A stretch of 63,991 nt of DNA from a virus (IMGVR_UViG_3300036780_000089:1-63991), one strand, 5' to 3'; positions 47,188 to 56,376 are shown, numbered from the stretch's first letter. Made by a program: numbers and translations. The notes: generated by a model not told the origin, from the letters alone.

Positions 47188-48366
47188 GTGGGCATGCCGC
47201 TACAGGACTGGTCGGTGTACGTGTTCGAGACCGTGACGGGCCGCATGGTCGCGGAGGTCCCTTTTGTCAACACGCTGGGCTACACGTCCGCGATCAACGA
47301 CGCTGGAACCGGCTCGGTCATGGTTCCGCTCGGCGGCAACGGAATGTCCACGGCGGACATTGAAGAACTGACACAGCCGTGGCGCTGGACGTGGGCTATC
47401 GCGTTCCGCAACTACATTTGCCAAGCGGGACCGGTCATCAGTGAACAGATGTCCGACACGCAGAACTACACGCAAGTGACGTTCGCGGGTGTCTGGAAAC
47501 TGTTGACCAAGCGGCTGGTGTTCCCGGCGACGTTCACGGGCGGCAACCCGGCAGTGTCCGCAGTAGACACCACGTACACCAACGTGACGTACTTGCAAGC
47601 GGCGAAAAACCTGGTGGCCGCGACGCTTGCGCGTGGTGCGCTGCCGATCGTGTTGCCCCCGGACGACCCGACCGGTACCAACACGCTCACCTACTACGGC
47701 TATGACATGAACGTGGTGTCCGACGCGCTGACCAACCTGACCGCGCTGGTGGGTGGCCCCGAAGTCGAATTCCGCCCACAGTTCAACCCGGCCCAACCTG
47801 GCTATCTGCAATGGGTGATGCGTATCGGTGCACCCCGGCTCGGCCAGGTGGGTAGCCCGTGGACATGGGATTACGGTCCGCGCGGCGCCGTCCAACAGCT
47901 CGGTTTCAACCGTGACGGCTCAACAATGACGTTCAGCGACTACACGCGGTGCGCGGGCAGCCAGTACACACTACTGGTCGGTAATGGACAGTCCCTCGGA
48001 CTGGTCGCCGCCGACTACCCGCTGTTGGAAGACGTCAACGGCGACCACACCACGGTCACCGACCAGGCTACGGCCGATTCGTACGCGCAACAGTGGGTGG
48101 CCACGTACGACAACGTGATCGATACCCCCGGCCCGCAAGTGCGGGTGGACGCGTTGGACGTGTCCGGGCGGCGCACCGGTAGCCCAACCCTCGATCAGAT
48201 CTCGGTCGGGGACGCTGCCGTGATCAACGTGCAAGGGCATCGCCGGATGCCGGACGGCACCTATACGGGCCGGATAACCGGTGTCGGCAACGGGTCCACG
48301 TTCGACGTCGCCGCGCTCACGCTACAGCCGATTTCGCGGGTACTGGCCACCACGGGGGCGTCATGA
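47188..48366 (+). CDS. Minor tail/baseplate hub protein (Gp37-like)
   Basis: INDAGTGSV, QAGPVI, GGPEVEFRP. Confidence 0.78.
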   Translation: MGMPLQDWSVYVFETVTGRMVAEVPFVNTLGYTSAINDAGTGSVMVPLGGNGMSTADIEELTQPWRWTWAIAFRNYICQAGPVISEQMSDTQNYTQVTFAGVWKLLTKRLVFPATFTGGNPAVSAVDTTYTNVTYLQAAKNLVAATLARGALPIVLPPDDPTGTNTLTYYGYDMNVVSDALTNLTALVGGPEVEFRPQFNPAQPGYLQWVMRIGAPRLGQVGSPWTWDYGPRGAVQQLGFNRDGSTMTFSDYTRCAGSQYTLLVGNGQSLGLVAADYPLLEDVNGDHTTVTDQATADSYAQQWVATYDNVIDTPGPQVRVDALDVSGRRTGSPTLDQISVGDAAVINVQGHRRMPDGTYTGRITGVGNGSTFDVAALTLQPISRVLATTGAS

Positions 48367-49280
48367 CCGTGCCCGCCGCTGGGATGGTGCCCCGGCCCAA
48401 CGCGACCGTGATAGACCGTCTGGCGGCCATTGAGCGCCGTCTACGCACCATGCAACAGGCCACGGCCGGGGCGACCACCGCCGAGGGCGGCGTGCCGCTG
48501 GCAGGCACCTACCCGGCCGCCATCGGCCGCGCCGCCGTGGTGGGCAGCTCGGCGACGTCCGCGCACGCCGACCACGTCCACACGTCCACCCTGGCCGCAC
48601 AGATAGACGTGGCGCTGAGCAGCCCGGTACAGGGACAGTCACTCATCTACAGCGGGTCGACGTGGGCCAACCTCGGCGTGCCGTTCGTGGTGTCCGCGTT
48701 GAGTCAGCTCACCACGCCATTCGTCGGCGAGTTTGCCTATTGCACCACGGACGGTTTGCTGTACAAGTACGGCGCGACCGGGTGGGTAGGCGTGGCCGCG
48801 CTCGGCCCCGACTCGCCGAGCTTCCCGAGTGCCGTGCAAGCACACGAAGCCCGGTATCGCGCGATCACCAGCGCCACGGCGCAAGGGCCGCTCTCTGCTG
48901 GCTCGACCGCCGTCCAGTTCGGCAGCGCCGACTACACGTCCAACGATGTGAGCGTGTCCGGCACCGGCAACACGGTCTTTACGTTGGTGCGCGGCGGCTT
49001 GTGGACCATTACCGCGTGCGTGCGCATCGCGGACACCACGGCGGGCGTCACGCGCTACGTGCAACTGACTGATTCGACGTTCGCCACCGTGTACCAGTCG
49101 CAAGCCCTACCCGTGGCGAACACGTCCACCGTCGACATGGGCTTGACATGCACGATGCGGCTCCCCGCGTCGACCTCGCTATCGGTCAACGCCGTATCCA
49201 GTTCCACCGGGAGTATTGACCGGTCACTAGCGACGTTCGCCGGTCGCACCTCGATATCGCTTGCATGGCTGAGGCCGTAA
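48363..49280 (+). CDS. Minor tail protein/fibre
   Basis: DRLAAIERRLR coiled coil; SAHADHVH; C-terminal beta sandwich. Confidence 0.72.
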   Translation: MTVPAAGMVPRPNATVIDRLAAIERRLRTMQQATAGATTAEGGVPLAGTYPAAIGRAAVVGSSATSAHADHVHTSTLAAQIDVALSSPVQGQSLIYSGSTWANLGVPFVVSALSQLTTPFVGEFAYCTTDGLLYKYGATGWVGVAALGPDSPSFPSAVQAHEARYRAITSATAQGPLSAGSTAVQFGSADYTSNDVSVSGTGNTVFTLVRGGLWTITACVRIADTTAGVTRYVQLTDSTFATVYQSQALPVANTSTVDMGLTCTMRLPASTSLSVNAVSSSTGSIDRSLATFAGRTSISLAWLRP

Positions 49281-49286
49281 GGAAGT

Positions 49287-49508
49287 GTGCCCGTGTATCA
49301 CCACCTGTGCATCACGCCGAGGGCCGCGCTGTGCGGACTAGTCGGTGTCGCGTCCGGCGTCGTGGCGACCATTGTTCTGGCCCTGGCCATTGACCGGTTG
49401 CGCGGCATACCCATGGCCGAGGGCACCGGCCCGGAAACCGGCGCCATCGTCGACGAACCGGGCGAGGCCAGCGAGGACAATCCTGGATTCTTCGCACCGC
49501 CACGCTAA
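49287..49508 (+). CDS. Small membrane protein
   Basis: One TM helix, acidic tail, upstream of the lysin. Confidence 0.55.
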   Translation: MPVYHHLCITPRAALCGLVGVASGVVATIVLALAIDRLRGIPMAEGTGPETGAIVDEPGEASEDNPGFFAPPR

Positions 49509-49539
49509 CCGTTCGCGTACAAGGGAAAGAGGGTGCGTC

Positions 49540-50406
49540 GTGCTCGGAATCGACTTGTATCAACGCTACAACCTGGTGTCCGACTGGCACACCGTCTACG
49601 CCGATGGTGTACGCGAGTGCTACGTCAAGCTGACCGATGGTGGCGGCCCGGCCGTGGTGCACGGTGACGCGTATGTGGCCGGGGCGCGCGCCGCCGGAAT
49701 CAAAGTCGGTGGCTACCACTTTATGGAACCGACGCCGAGCCCGGAAACTCAGGCCGAGGTGTTCGCGGCCGAACTGCGCCGACTGAACGCGCTGGACATC
49801 GCACCGGCTCTTGATCTTGAAGCACCGGCCATCCCGGTCGGTTCCCGTGTGGACTATGCGAAACGCTTCCTCACGCACCTACAGGCGACACTGAACATGT
49901 CCAAAGTGGTGCTGTACGCCTCGGCATCGTGGATGACCACACTTAAGCCGGACACGTGGGGAATCAGTGGCCTAATCGATTGGGTGGCGTCCTACGGGAC
50001 CAACAGCGGCGCCGAGCAAGCCGTGACCGCCTACACCGGACACGTGGACGTCCACCAGTACACGTCAGCCGGGCACCTCGCCGGAATCAGCGGCGCCGTC
50101 GACCTAGACGACGTGCTGGGAGATATCAGCGAATCGGCGCCCCTGCCCGGCGCCCCTTCGCCGCCGCCCTCGGCGCCCGGCAAGATCCCCCCTGGGACGA
50201 TTCTCCGGCTCGGCAGTCGCGGCGCGGACGTCGCGCTCATGCAAGCCGCACTCAACCACCAGTACCCGGCGTACTCGCATCTTGCCACTGACGGCATTTA
50301 CGGTCCGCAGACCGAGGCGACCGTGAAAGAGTTTCAGCGCCGTGATCACCTCACTGTGGACGGCGTCGCCGGTCCGCAGACGCTCGGCGCCTTGCACGTG
50401 ACGTGA
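49540..50406 (+). CDS. Endolysin: GH25 muramidase + peptidoglycan-binding domain
   Basis: LGIDLY, YVKLTDG, GGYHF, ALDLE, HQYTSAG; LRLGSRGADV...DGIYGPQT...FQRR...VDGVAGPQT. Confidence 0.92.
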   Translation: MLGIDLYQRYNLVSDWHTVYADGVRECYVKLTDGGGPAVVHGDAYVAGARAAGIKVGGYHFMEPTPSPETQAEVFAAELRRLNALDIAPALDLEAPAIPVGSRVDYAKRFLTHLQATLNMSKVVLYASASWMTTLKPDTWGISGLIDWVASYGTNSGAEQAVTAYTGHVDVHQYTSAGHLAGISGAVDLDDVLGDISESAPLPGAPSPPPSAPGKIPPGTILRLGSRGADVALMQAALNHQYPAYSHLATDGIYGPQTEATVKEFQRRDHLTVDGVAGPQTLGALHVT

Positions 50407-50414
50407 TCAGCGGC

Positions 50415-50954
50415 CTAGCAACCGTACCCGTACCCCAATTCGCGCCCCTCGTGCTGATCCTGGCTTGACGCCGGGACGGCGCGGGGGGCGCTTTTCTGTG
50501 TTTCCGGGGTGTCGGCGTCGGCCTGGTCGTCGGCCTGGTCGTCAGCCTGGTCGTCAGCCTCGGCCACCATGTCGCCGAGCACTGCGCCCATCCGGTCCGC
50601 GTGCGCGGTCAGCTCGGCGGCCATGAGCGTGAGCGTACGGGCGTTACGCGAAAGCCGCGCTTGCATCTCCCGCACGGCAACGATGGACGGTGTGGGCGGC
50701 TGAAAGGGACGGTCGCCCAACAACAGCCACGCCACGTCACAGTCCAGCGCGGCGGCCAGGCGGGCGACATCATCCGCGTGCGGGCGCAGCGCGGCACGTT
50801 CCACCTTGTCCAGCCACGCCCGCGTAAATCCGATCAGGTGGGCTAGCTCGGTTTGCGTGAGGTTCCCTTGCGCCCGTGCGTACTTGACGCGCTCGGCGAA
50901 CTCACGGGTCCATTCGCGTGACTGCTCGGCGCGGGCGTCGTCGGGCGCTTTCAT
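50415..50954 (-). CDS. XRE-family HTH protein
   Basis: RVKYARAQGNLTQTELAHLIGFTRAWLDKVER...LAAALDCDVAWLL; ATG 50954. Confidence 0.85.
   Translation of the reverse strand: MKAPDDARAEQSREWTREFAERVKYARAQGNLTQTELAHLIGFTRAWLDKVERAALRPHADDVARLAAALDCDVAWLLLGDRPFQPPTPSIVAVREMQARLSRNARTLTLMAAELTAHADRMGAVLGDMVAEADDQADDQADDQADADTPETQKSAPRAVPASSQDQHEGRELGYGYGC
50442..50498 (+). terminator. Terminator of the late operon
   Basis: GCGCCCCTCGTGCTG...CGGCGCGGGGGGCGC followed by TTTTCT. Confidence 0.7.
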
Positions 50955-51454
50955 TGAGCGCACCACACGGCCATGTCCGCGTCCGCCAGTTCGCCGCGCA
51001 ACACGGTCTCGTCCATCGCCGCCGCGTGCGCCGTGTCGACGTCCGCAATGTAGCGGCGTGCCGTGGACGGTGCGAGGGCGCCGCATAGGACGGTGCCTGC
51101 GACGGTGACCGCACACACGTAGATGCACCACGTCAGGGCGGCGGTCATCAGATCGGCGTCCCACAGGTCCACGGCAGCGTTGAGCGCGTACACCACGGGC
51201 ACCGTGGCAATGGCGCGGCGGGTCAACGCACGCGGCGGCCGAGGCATCATCGCGAGGTGTGCGTGCGCACTCCACATGCGCGCCATGGCTTGTGTCAGCG
51301 GCGGCGCCGTCCACCGGGCCAGGGCGGTAGCGTTCAGGCTCGCCACGGCGGCGGTAGCGCCGATGACGGGGCCGCCGACAAACGCGACCAGTGCGCACAG
51401 TACGGCGACCAGCCCGGCGCATACCGTGGCGTCACGCGTCCACCATTCCACCAT
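50951..51454 (-). CDS. Multi-pass membrane protein
   Basis: About four hydrophobic helices; RBS GGAGG. Confidence 0.7.
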   Translation of the reverse strand: MVEWWTRDATVCAGLVAVLCALVAFVGGPVIGATAAVASLNATALARWTAPPLTQAMARMWSAHAHLAMMPRPPRALTRRAIATVPVVYALNAAVDLWDADLMTAALTWCIYVCAVTVAGTVLCGALAPSTARRYIADVDTAHAAAMDETVLRGELADADMAVWCAQ

Positions 51455-51558
51455 CGCGGGTCACCTCCTTTGTCTCTGTAGGTTCCGGTCCATCCGGCTA
51501 CTTAAGCACCGTTTATCATGCGGCGCATGTCGTGCGGCAGGCGAATTTTGCACTTGAA

Positions 51559-51873
51559 TCACTCCAGTTTGGCGGCGCGCGGGAACGCCCGACACCGGGC
51601 GCACAACACGATCATGGCCTGCTCGGCACACCCGCGTTGCTGCGCGCAATCCTTGCAATAGCTCAGAAACCGGGCCGCCAAGTCCGGCACGCCATACACG
51701 GTCAGGATGCCGCGCACCTCGGCCACGCTCGGCGGCGGCTCACGCGTGTTGTCCTCCACGGCGGCCAACTCGTCCGGCGACATGCCCAACGCCGAGGCCG
51801 CCCGATCCAAGCTCATGCGCGCCGCGCCGAGGCGCAGCACCCGCAACTCGTGGCCGAGTGACATCGTGGTCAC
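51559..51873 (-). CDS. XRE HTH protein with Cys-rich C-terminus
   Basis: LGHELRVLRLGAARMSLDRAASALG; CKDC...C...CARC. Confidence 0.75.
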   Translation of the reverse strand: MTTMSLGHELRVLRLGAARMSLDRAASALGMSPDELAAVEDNTREPPPSVAEVRGILTVYGVPDLAARFLSYCKDCAQQRGCAEQAMIVLCARCRAFPRAAKLE

Positions 51874-52349
51874 GCCGCCGATGCCACGGCCACGTCCGCC
51901 AACACCACGGTGAGATCAGTCGGCGGCATGTCGACCAGTCCAGCCAGGCGCCCTATTTCGTCCGTGGACAGGCGAACCGTGCACCGGCCACCGTTGACCA
52001 CTGTGCGCGCCCAACGGGCCACGGAGGCCAGCTCGGGTACCTCTACGTCGGCGAGCTTGACCAGGTCCACCGTGATGTCCACGACGGTGGTATCCCCCAA
52101 CAGTGCGCGATCGACCTCGGCGAGCAGGGCATGCGGCGTCGTCCCGAGTGCGCTCGCTACCAACGGCAGCTTGGACACCGGCATGTTGCGCTCGCCCAAT
52201 TCCCAACTCCGGTACGCCTGAATCCCGACGTCCGGCACGCGTTCCGACACGAACGCCTTGCGGCTACGGTGTGTCCCGTGACGGTGTGCCTTCAACACCT
52301 TTCCCAACGCGCGAACGTAGGCAATCGCCAACGCATCCGTGTTATCCAT
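51870..52349 (-). CDS. XRE HTH protein with BldD-like C-terminal domain
   Basis: LGKVLKAHR...YRSWELGERNM...VASALGTTPHALL; VDLVKL...VARWA...VRLS. Confidence 0.75.
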   Translation of the reverse strand: MDNTDALAIAYVRALGKVLKAHRHGTHRSRKAFVSERVPDVGIQAYRSWELGERNMPVSKLPLVASALGTTPHALLAEVDRALLGDTTVVDITVDLVKLADVEVPELASVARWARTVVNGGRCTVRLSTDEIGRLAGLVDMPPTDLTVVLADVAVASAA

Positions 52350-52351
52350 GA

Positions 52352-52786
52352 TCAGGACTCCGTCCGTTTGAACCTGGTACCCAAGGTTTCCGGCGCACGC
52401 AGATGATGCGTGTGCAGCTCGGAACGCACATACGCGGCCGACAGGTCAAAGTCCTTAGCCAGACTCCGAATCGTGTCGGTCGCGCTCAGACCCGTTGACA
52501 GGTAAGCGGCAAGCGCCGCCTCGGCCTGTTCGCTGTCCGTGAGGGACGGCGCGGGCGCCGGTGCCGGACGTGGACGCGGCCTCGCCCCCGCCGCCGGGAA
52601 CAACGTCGCCGCCCGGACACGTAGCCGCGCCTCCCGGTACTGCTGTTGCACGTATGTCGCGGACACGTGCGCGTGGGCGCTCAGCCACTCATCGATCGGC
52701 GTCCACGCGTGCGGCGGCTCATTGAGCATGTCCGCCAACGCTTCCGCGTCCAGCTCGGCCGGTGTCCTGGGAGCAAAAGTGTTCAT
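52352..52786 (-). CDS. Hypothetical protein
   Basis: RBS AGGACA; C-terminal HTH-like TIRSLAKDFDLS. Confidence 0.55.
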   Translation of the reverse strand: MNTFAPRTPAELDAEALADMLNEPPHAWTPIDEWLSAHAHVSATYVQQQYREARLRVRAATLFPAAGARPRPRPAPAPAPSLTDSEQAEAALAAYLSTGLSATDTIRSLAKDFDLSAAYVRSELHTHHLRAPETLGTRFKRTES

Positions 52787-52799
52787 CGTCGTTGTCCTG

Positions 52800-53132
52800 T
52801 CACGCAATGACTTCCGTGGGCCACTCCGGTTGCGGCGCGGTGCCGCCGTAGTTCCCGCATAACAGCCTCGGCTGACCTTTCGGTGCGATCAGGCGAGTGT
52901 CCGAGTCGGACACGTCCGTCACGTGCGGCGTGGTGACGCGCGCCATGGCCTGCCGGTGCGATTGTTCGTCGTGTACGCGGTTGTCTTCCAACTCGACCTT
53001 GAGCACGTCAACCGAGTAGTTCGGGTCATAACGGCCATGCGCGCCCCGTTTGCGAGGCCACCAGACGTTGACGAAGTAACCCGCCGGTCCAACTACGGCG
53101 GCGGTGATGAACACGGCAATGATGATTGGCAT
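52800..53132 (-). CDS. Membrane-anchored hypothetical protein
   Basis: N-terminal TM then RGAHGR. Confidence 0.6.
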   Translation of the reverse strand: MPIIIAVFITAAVVGPAGYFVNVWWPRKRGAHGRYDPNYSVDVLKVELEDNRVHDEQSHRQAMARVTTPHVTDVSDSDTRLIAPKGQPRLLCGNYGGTAPQPEWPTEVIA

Positions 53133-53170
53133 AATCCGCCCCTCGATTGAATTGTGTTCTCCGAAAAGTG

Positions 53171-53683
53171 TTAGCCCTTCGCCGGGCGAATGATGTTCGG
53201 GCGTCGCCTCGGCAAGTGAATCGACTCCGGGATCGGTACGCCCGGCGTGTCCGTGTAATCGAGATCTTTCACGCCGTCCAGCGTGCGCGCCGTGTCGTGG
53301 ATATAGCCGCTGTAATACCAGGCAACGTCACCCGGCATTGTCGGGTCGGGCGTATCCGCCAACGTGAGGTAGGCGGCCGACGCAACCGCGTAGAGCGTTC
53401 CGTGTGTGCTTCCGGCGCGGCGGGAGAACAGGCAGAACACCCGCCACTGATTCGAGCCTGAGCCCAACGCTAGGGGCCGAATGTATGCCACGGCGTCCGC
53501 ATCCTCGGCGCGCCCGTACACGTATTGGGTCCACGTGCCGAATAGCTCTTGCACAAGATCCACGTCTTGGCGCGCCGTCCGCGTGGTGGGCGTCAACGCC
53601 ACCGGGGGAGGCACCACGGGCGGCGGCCCCACGGGCGCGGCGGTGACGGGGGGCAACGGCGTGGCCGGGCGGCGCTCAGTCAT
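53171..53683 (-). CDS. Hypothetical protein
   Basis: Pro-rich N-terminus then a globular domain. Confidence 0.6.
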   Translation of the reverse strand: MTERRPATPLPPVTAAPVGPPPVVPPPVALTPTTRTARQDVDLVQELFGTWTQYVYGRAEDADAVAYIRPLALGSGSNQWRVFCLFSRRAGSTHGTLYAVASAAYLTLADTPDPTMPGDVAWYYSGYIHDTARTLDGVKDLDYTDTPGVPIPESIHLPRRRPNIIRPAKG

Positions 53684-54108
53684 CAGACGTCATCTCGGAT
53701 CGTGTGCGAATGTGAATGACCGGGGAGGATGGAACGCGGCAGCGCCGAGGGACGCATGTCGGGGGAAGACCACCCGGCGCCGCCGCAGTCAGGGGCCGAG
53801 CCGAGGGCGCCACCGGAGGCGCTGGCGGGCGTGGGTAGCGCCCTCGGCCGGGTGAGCGGACACCGGGGCGCGTGGGGGTCCACAGTGCGCCGCTCAGTGC
53901 CGCTCGGTGGGCCACCGGGTCCGTGATCAGTCGGACAAGGTGGCCAGGGGTGCCCTCGGCGGCGGGAGGCTTGCCGGGGGCGTTGGTCAAGGTCAACGAC
54001 GCGGCGGGGCGCTGGAAACCGGGGGGCGTGTCTCCAGCGCCCAACCGCAGGCCAGAGGTGATCTACGGCACGCACGCGCACCTCGGCACCTCCGGTCACC
54101 TAGGGCCG

Positions 54109-54291
54109 GGGGGACTATCCCCCGACCACGTGTCAGCGGCGCCGACGGGGCCACGGAGCGGAGTCACCGCCCGCAAGGCGAGGGACACTCCCCTGCGACG
54201 TGCGGTTACTTCCCATGGCCCCGCCGACAAGAGGGGAATGTACCAAGGGGGGATACTCCCCCGCCATGCATCCAACGGGTGACTATTCCCT
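54109..54291. promoter_or_regulatory. Array of four operator-like palindromes GGGGGA-N3-TCCCCC
   Basis: 54109-54123 and 54248-54262 perfect; 54180-54194 and 54277-54291 degenerate. Confidence 0.7.
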
Positions 54292-54318
54292 TTTGGCGGC
54301 TACGGCTAGTGTGTGTGC

Positions 54319-55179
54319 ATGCCGAGCACACCGACCAAGCGACGCAAGCGCCTCGGCGCCTACCTGGCGAAGCTCCGGGACGACGTCGAGCGGACCGCCG
54401 ACGACGCGGCCGAGCTGCTGCACAAGCGGCAGAGTCAGGTCTCCAAGATCGAACTTGGCTACGTCCGGCCCGCGCACGCCGAGATGGTTGCTTTGCTGGC
54501 TTTCTACGGCGCCGATAAGGCTCAACGCGACCACGCGGAGACCTTGTGGAATGACGCCGGGCAAGATTCCCGACGAATTCAGGGGTCATCGGCAGTGCCA
54601 CCAAAGTTCCGCGCATTCTTGCGCAACGAGGCCGAGGCAGACTCCGAGGATGAACTAAACCGAATCACGGTACCTGGAATGCTGCAAACTCCGCGCTTTG
54701 CGAAAGCGTCGCGCGCAGCCGGTCACCGAATCGCCAACCCAAATGTCGGAGAGGAACGGGCAACGGCCGCTCGAATCGCTCGCCAAGATCTACTTCGCGG
54801 GTCGAGTCCGATTGAGTTTCGCGCCGTGGTCGATCAGGCGGTCATTGCCCGCGAGGTCGGCGGCCGAGATGTTATGGCCGAACAATTGGCCTACATTCTC
54901 GAAACGATGAACCTTGGCAATGTCAACGTTCATATCGTGCCGTTCGGCGCGGGGGCATACGGGGGAATGTCCGGCTCGTTCACGATCTTGGGGTACTCGG
55001 CACCAGAGGACCCCGACACCGTGTATTGCGAATACGAAGGAGGCGGCGACTGGTTTGATACGCCAAGCGACGTTGAGAAATTCAAGCTGATTTTTGAAGA
55101 CGCTAAAGAATTGGCGCTGTCTTCTGCGGAGTCGGCTGCGCTGATCGAACAAACGATGCGAAAGCTAGAGGGACGATGA
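54319..55179 (+). CDS. XRE HTH + DUF5753 regulator (WhiJ/Scr1-like), leaderless
   Basis: RRKRLGAYLAKLR, VSKIELG, VPGMLQTPRFA, VGGRDVMAEQL, VHIVPF, GSFTILGY; TAGTGT 6 nt before ATG. Confidence 0.92.
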   Translation: MPSTPTKRRKRLGAYLAKLRDDVERTADDAAELLHKRQSQVSKIELGYVRPAHAEMVALLAFYGADKAQRDHAETLWNDAGQDSRRIQGSSAVPPKFRAFLRNEAEADSEDELNRITVPGMLQTPRFAKASRAAGHRIANPNVGEERATAARIARQDLLRGSSPIEFRAVVDQAVIAREVGGRDVMAEQLAYILETMNLGNVNVHIVPFGAGAYGGMSGSFTILGYSAPEDPDTVYCEYEGGGDWFDTPSDVEKFKLIFEDAKELALSSAESAALIEQTMRKLEGR

Positions 55180-55388
55180 CCGTCTATAGCCCGTGGCACC
55201 GGAGTACCTACAGTGGCACTGACAACAATTGCGTGGAGACACGTTCGGCCGCCCACGACGATGGCTCAACCGAGGAACAAGTGCAAGACAGCAAAAACCC
55301 CGGTGGTGGCCACCTGTCATTTCACCCCAATCAATGGGCCGCTTTCCTTGACACTGTGACGCCAGTGCGGAAGCGACGTATCCGGTAA
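55176..55388 (+). CDS. DUF397 protein (BldB/Scr2-like)
   Basis: WHRSTYSG..NNCVE...VQDSKNP...WAAFL. Confidence 0.92.
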   Translation: MTVYSPWHRSTYSGTDNNCVETRSAAHDDGSTEEQVQDSKNPGGGHLSFHPNQWAAFLDTVTPVRKRRIR

Positions 55389-55403
55389 CGCTTAACACCG
55401 GCA

Positions 55404-55447
55404 CCACGGCCCCCGCATCGGACAACCCCCCGACGCGGGGGCCGTGG
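55404..55447. terminator. Long hairpin between convergent operons
   Basis: 18-bp stem with one A.C pair (G.U on the minus strand). Confidence 0.7.
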
Positions 55448-55679
55448 CATACCTCCCCCTTGGGATGGTGGACGGGAAGCGAGTCAGGGGCTAGGTTCCC
55501 GGCCCGCTCCCCGTCCACCGTGCGCGGCTCACGTCGGCATGCCCGTGTCGGCTCCCCGGTAGGACCCAACGGGCGCGACGGTGCCGCGCTGCCGCCGAGC
55601 AGGGATGACGTGGCTTACCCACGCGGCGGCGGTTTCTCTCTGTGAATCCACTGTGGAATTCTCAAAGGTCGGTATTCGG

Positions 55680-56054
55680 TTAGAAACGGTTCGCGACCGC
55701 CAGAAAATCGTGCTCGGCGGTGCTGATCGCGAGTAGTTGCGCCACCATGGACAACTCGATGTCCGCGTCTCGATAGATCGGGATATGTGCGCACAACTGT
55801 TGGCCGCTCGGCATCATGACCACGTTGCCGGTGACCCCGTGCCGAATCAGGTACATGCCGCCGTCGCTGCCGGTGCACAGAAACTCTTTGGTCGCGCCGT
55901 AGCGTTCCCGTTCGGACGATGGCAGCAACGAGAGCAACAGCGCCTCGGCGTGCGAGGTGTCGTGGTATGCCGCGTGCCGTTGCCGGTCGCGTTCCTCCCA
56001 CATGGCCATCAGATCGGCCCACCAAAACGTCGGCACCTTCACCGGGCCGGTCAC
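55680..56054 (-). CDS. Putative minimal E2-like (Cys88) protein
   Basis: GNVVMMPSGQQLCAH followed by two helices; GTGA-coupled to the GG-ending gene. ORF is secure, function inferred. Confidence 0.55.
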   Translation of the reverse strand: MTGPVKVPTFWWADLMAMWEERDRQRHAAYHDTSHAEALLLSLLPSSERERYGATKEFLCTGSDGGMYLIRHGVTGNVVMMPSGQQLCAHIPIYRDADIELSMVAQLLAISTAEHDFLAVANRF

Positions 56055-56350
56055 CCGCCCTGTAGCGGCCGGGATAGGACAATCGTCGGCGCCGACGCGT
56101 CGAACGCGTGCAACGTCACGTTCTCACCCGGTGCGCGGGTCGCGTAGGCGAGATATCCCCACTGCTTGCGGGATTGGAACACCTTGGCGGCCTCGGCCTC
56201 TGTGTTCGGGTCGCCGTAGGTCCACGTGACGACCGAGTGGTTTCCCTGGTCGCACACGTGCATGGTGTGTGTGCCGGTGTCGGCCTCGGCCGGTGTCGGC
56301 GGCGTTGGCGGCGGCGGGATCGTGTCTTCACGGTCAAGAGTGACGGTCAT
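56051..56350 (-). CDS. Putative ubiquitin-like (beta-grasp) protein ending in Gly-Gly
   Basis: RBS AGGAGA, ATG 56350, 99 aa; C-terminus TIVLSRPLQGG-stop resembles MoaD/ThiS VAFFPPVxGG. Confidence 0.65.
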   Translation of the reverse strand: MTVTLDREDTIPPPPTPPTPAEADTGTHTMHVCDQGNHSVVTWTYGDPNTEAEAAKVFQSRKQWGYLAYATRAPGENVTLHAFDASAPTIVLSRPLQGG

Positions 56351-56376
56351 TGTCCGGTTGTCTCCTGTCTTCCGGC

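Noticed and set aside
50521-50556. 12-bp tandem repeat x3 (ADDQ)
   Set aside because: In-frame low-complexity tail of the XRE protein; no sign of phase variation.
56051-56350. Pup-like modifier or ordinary ThiS/MoaD sulfur carrier
   Set aside because: Ends GG rather than GGE/GGQ and looks folded; no thiamine, molybdopterin or cysteine biosynthesis genes nearby. A sulfur-carrier role is not fully excluded.
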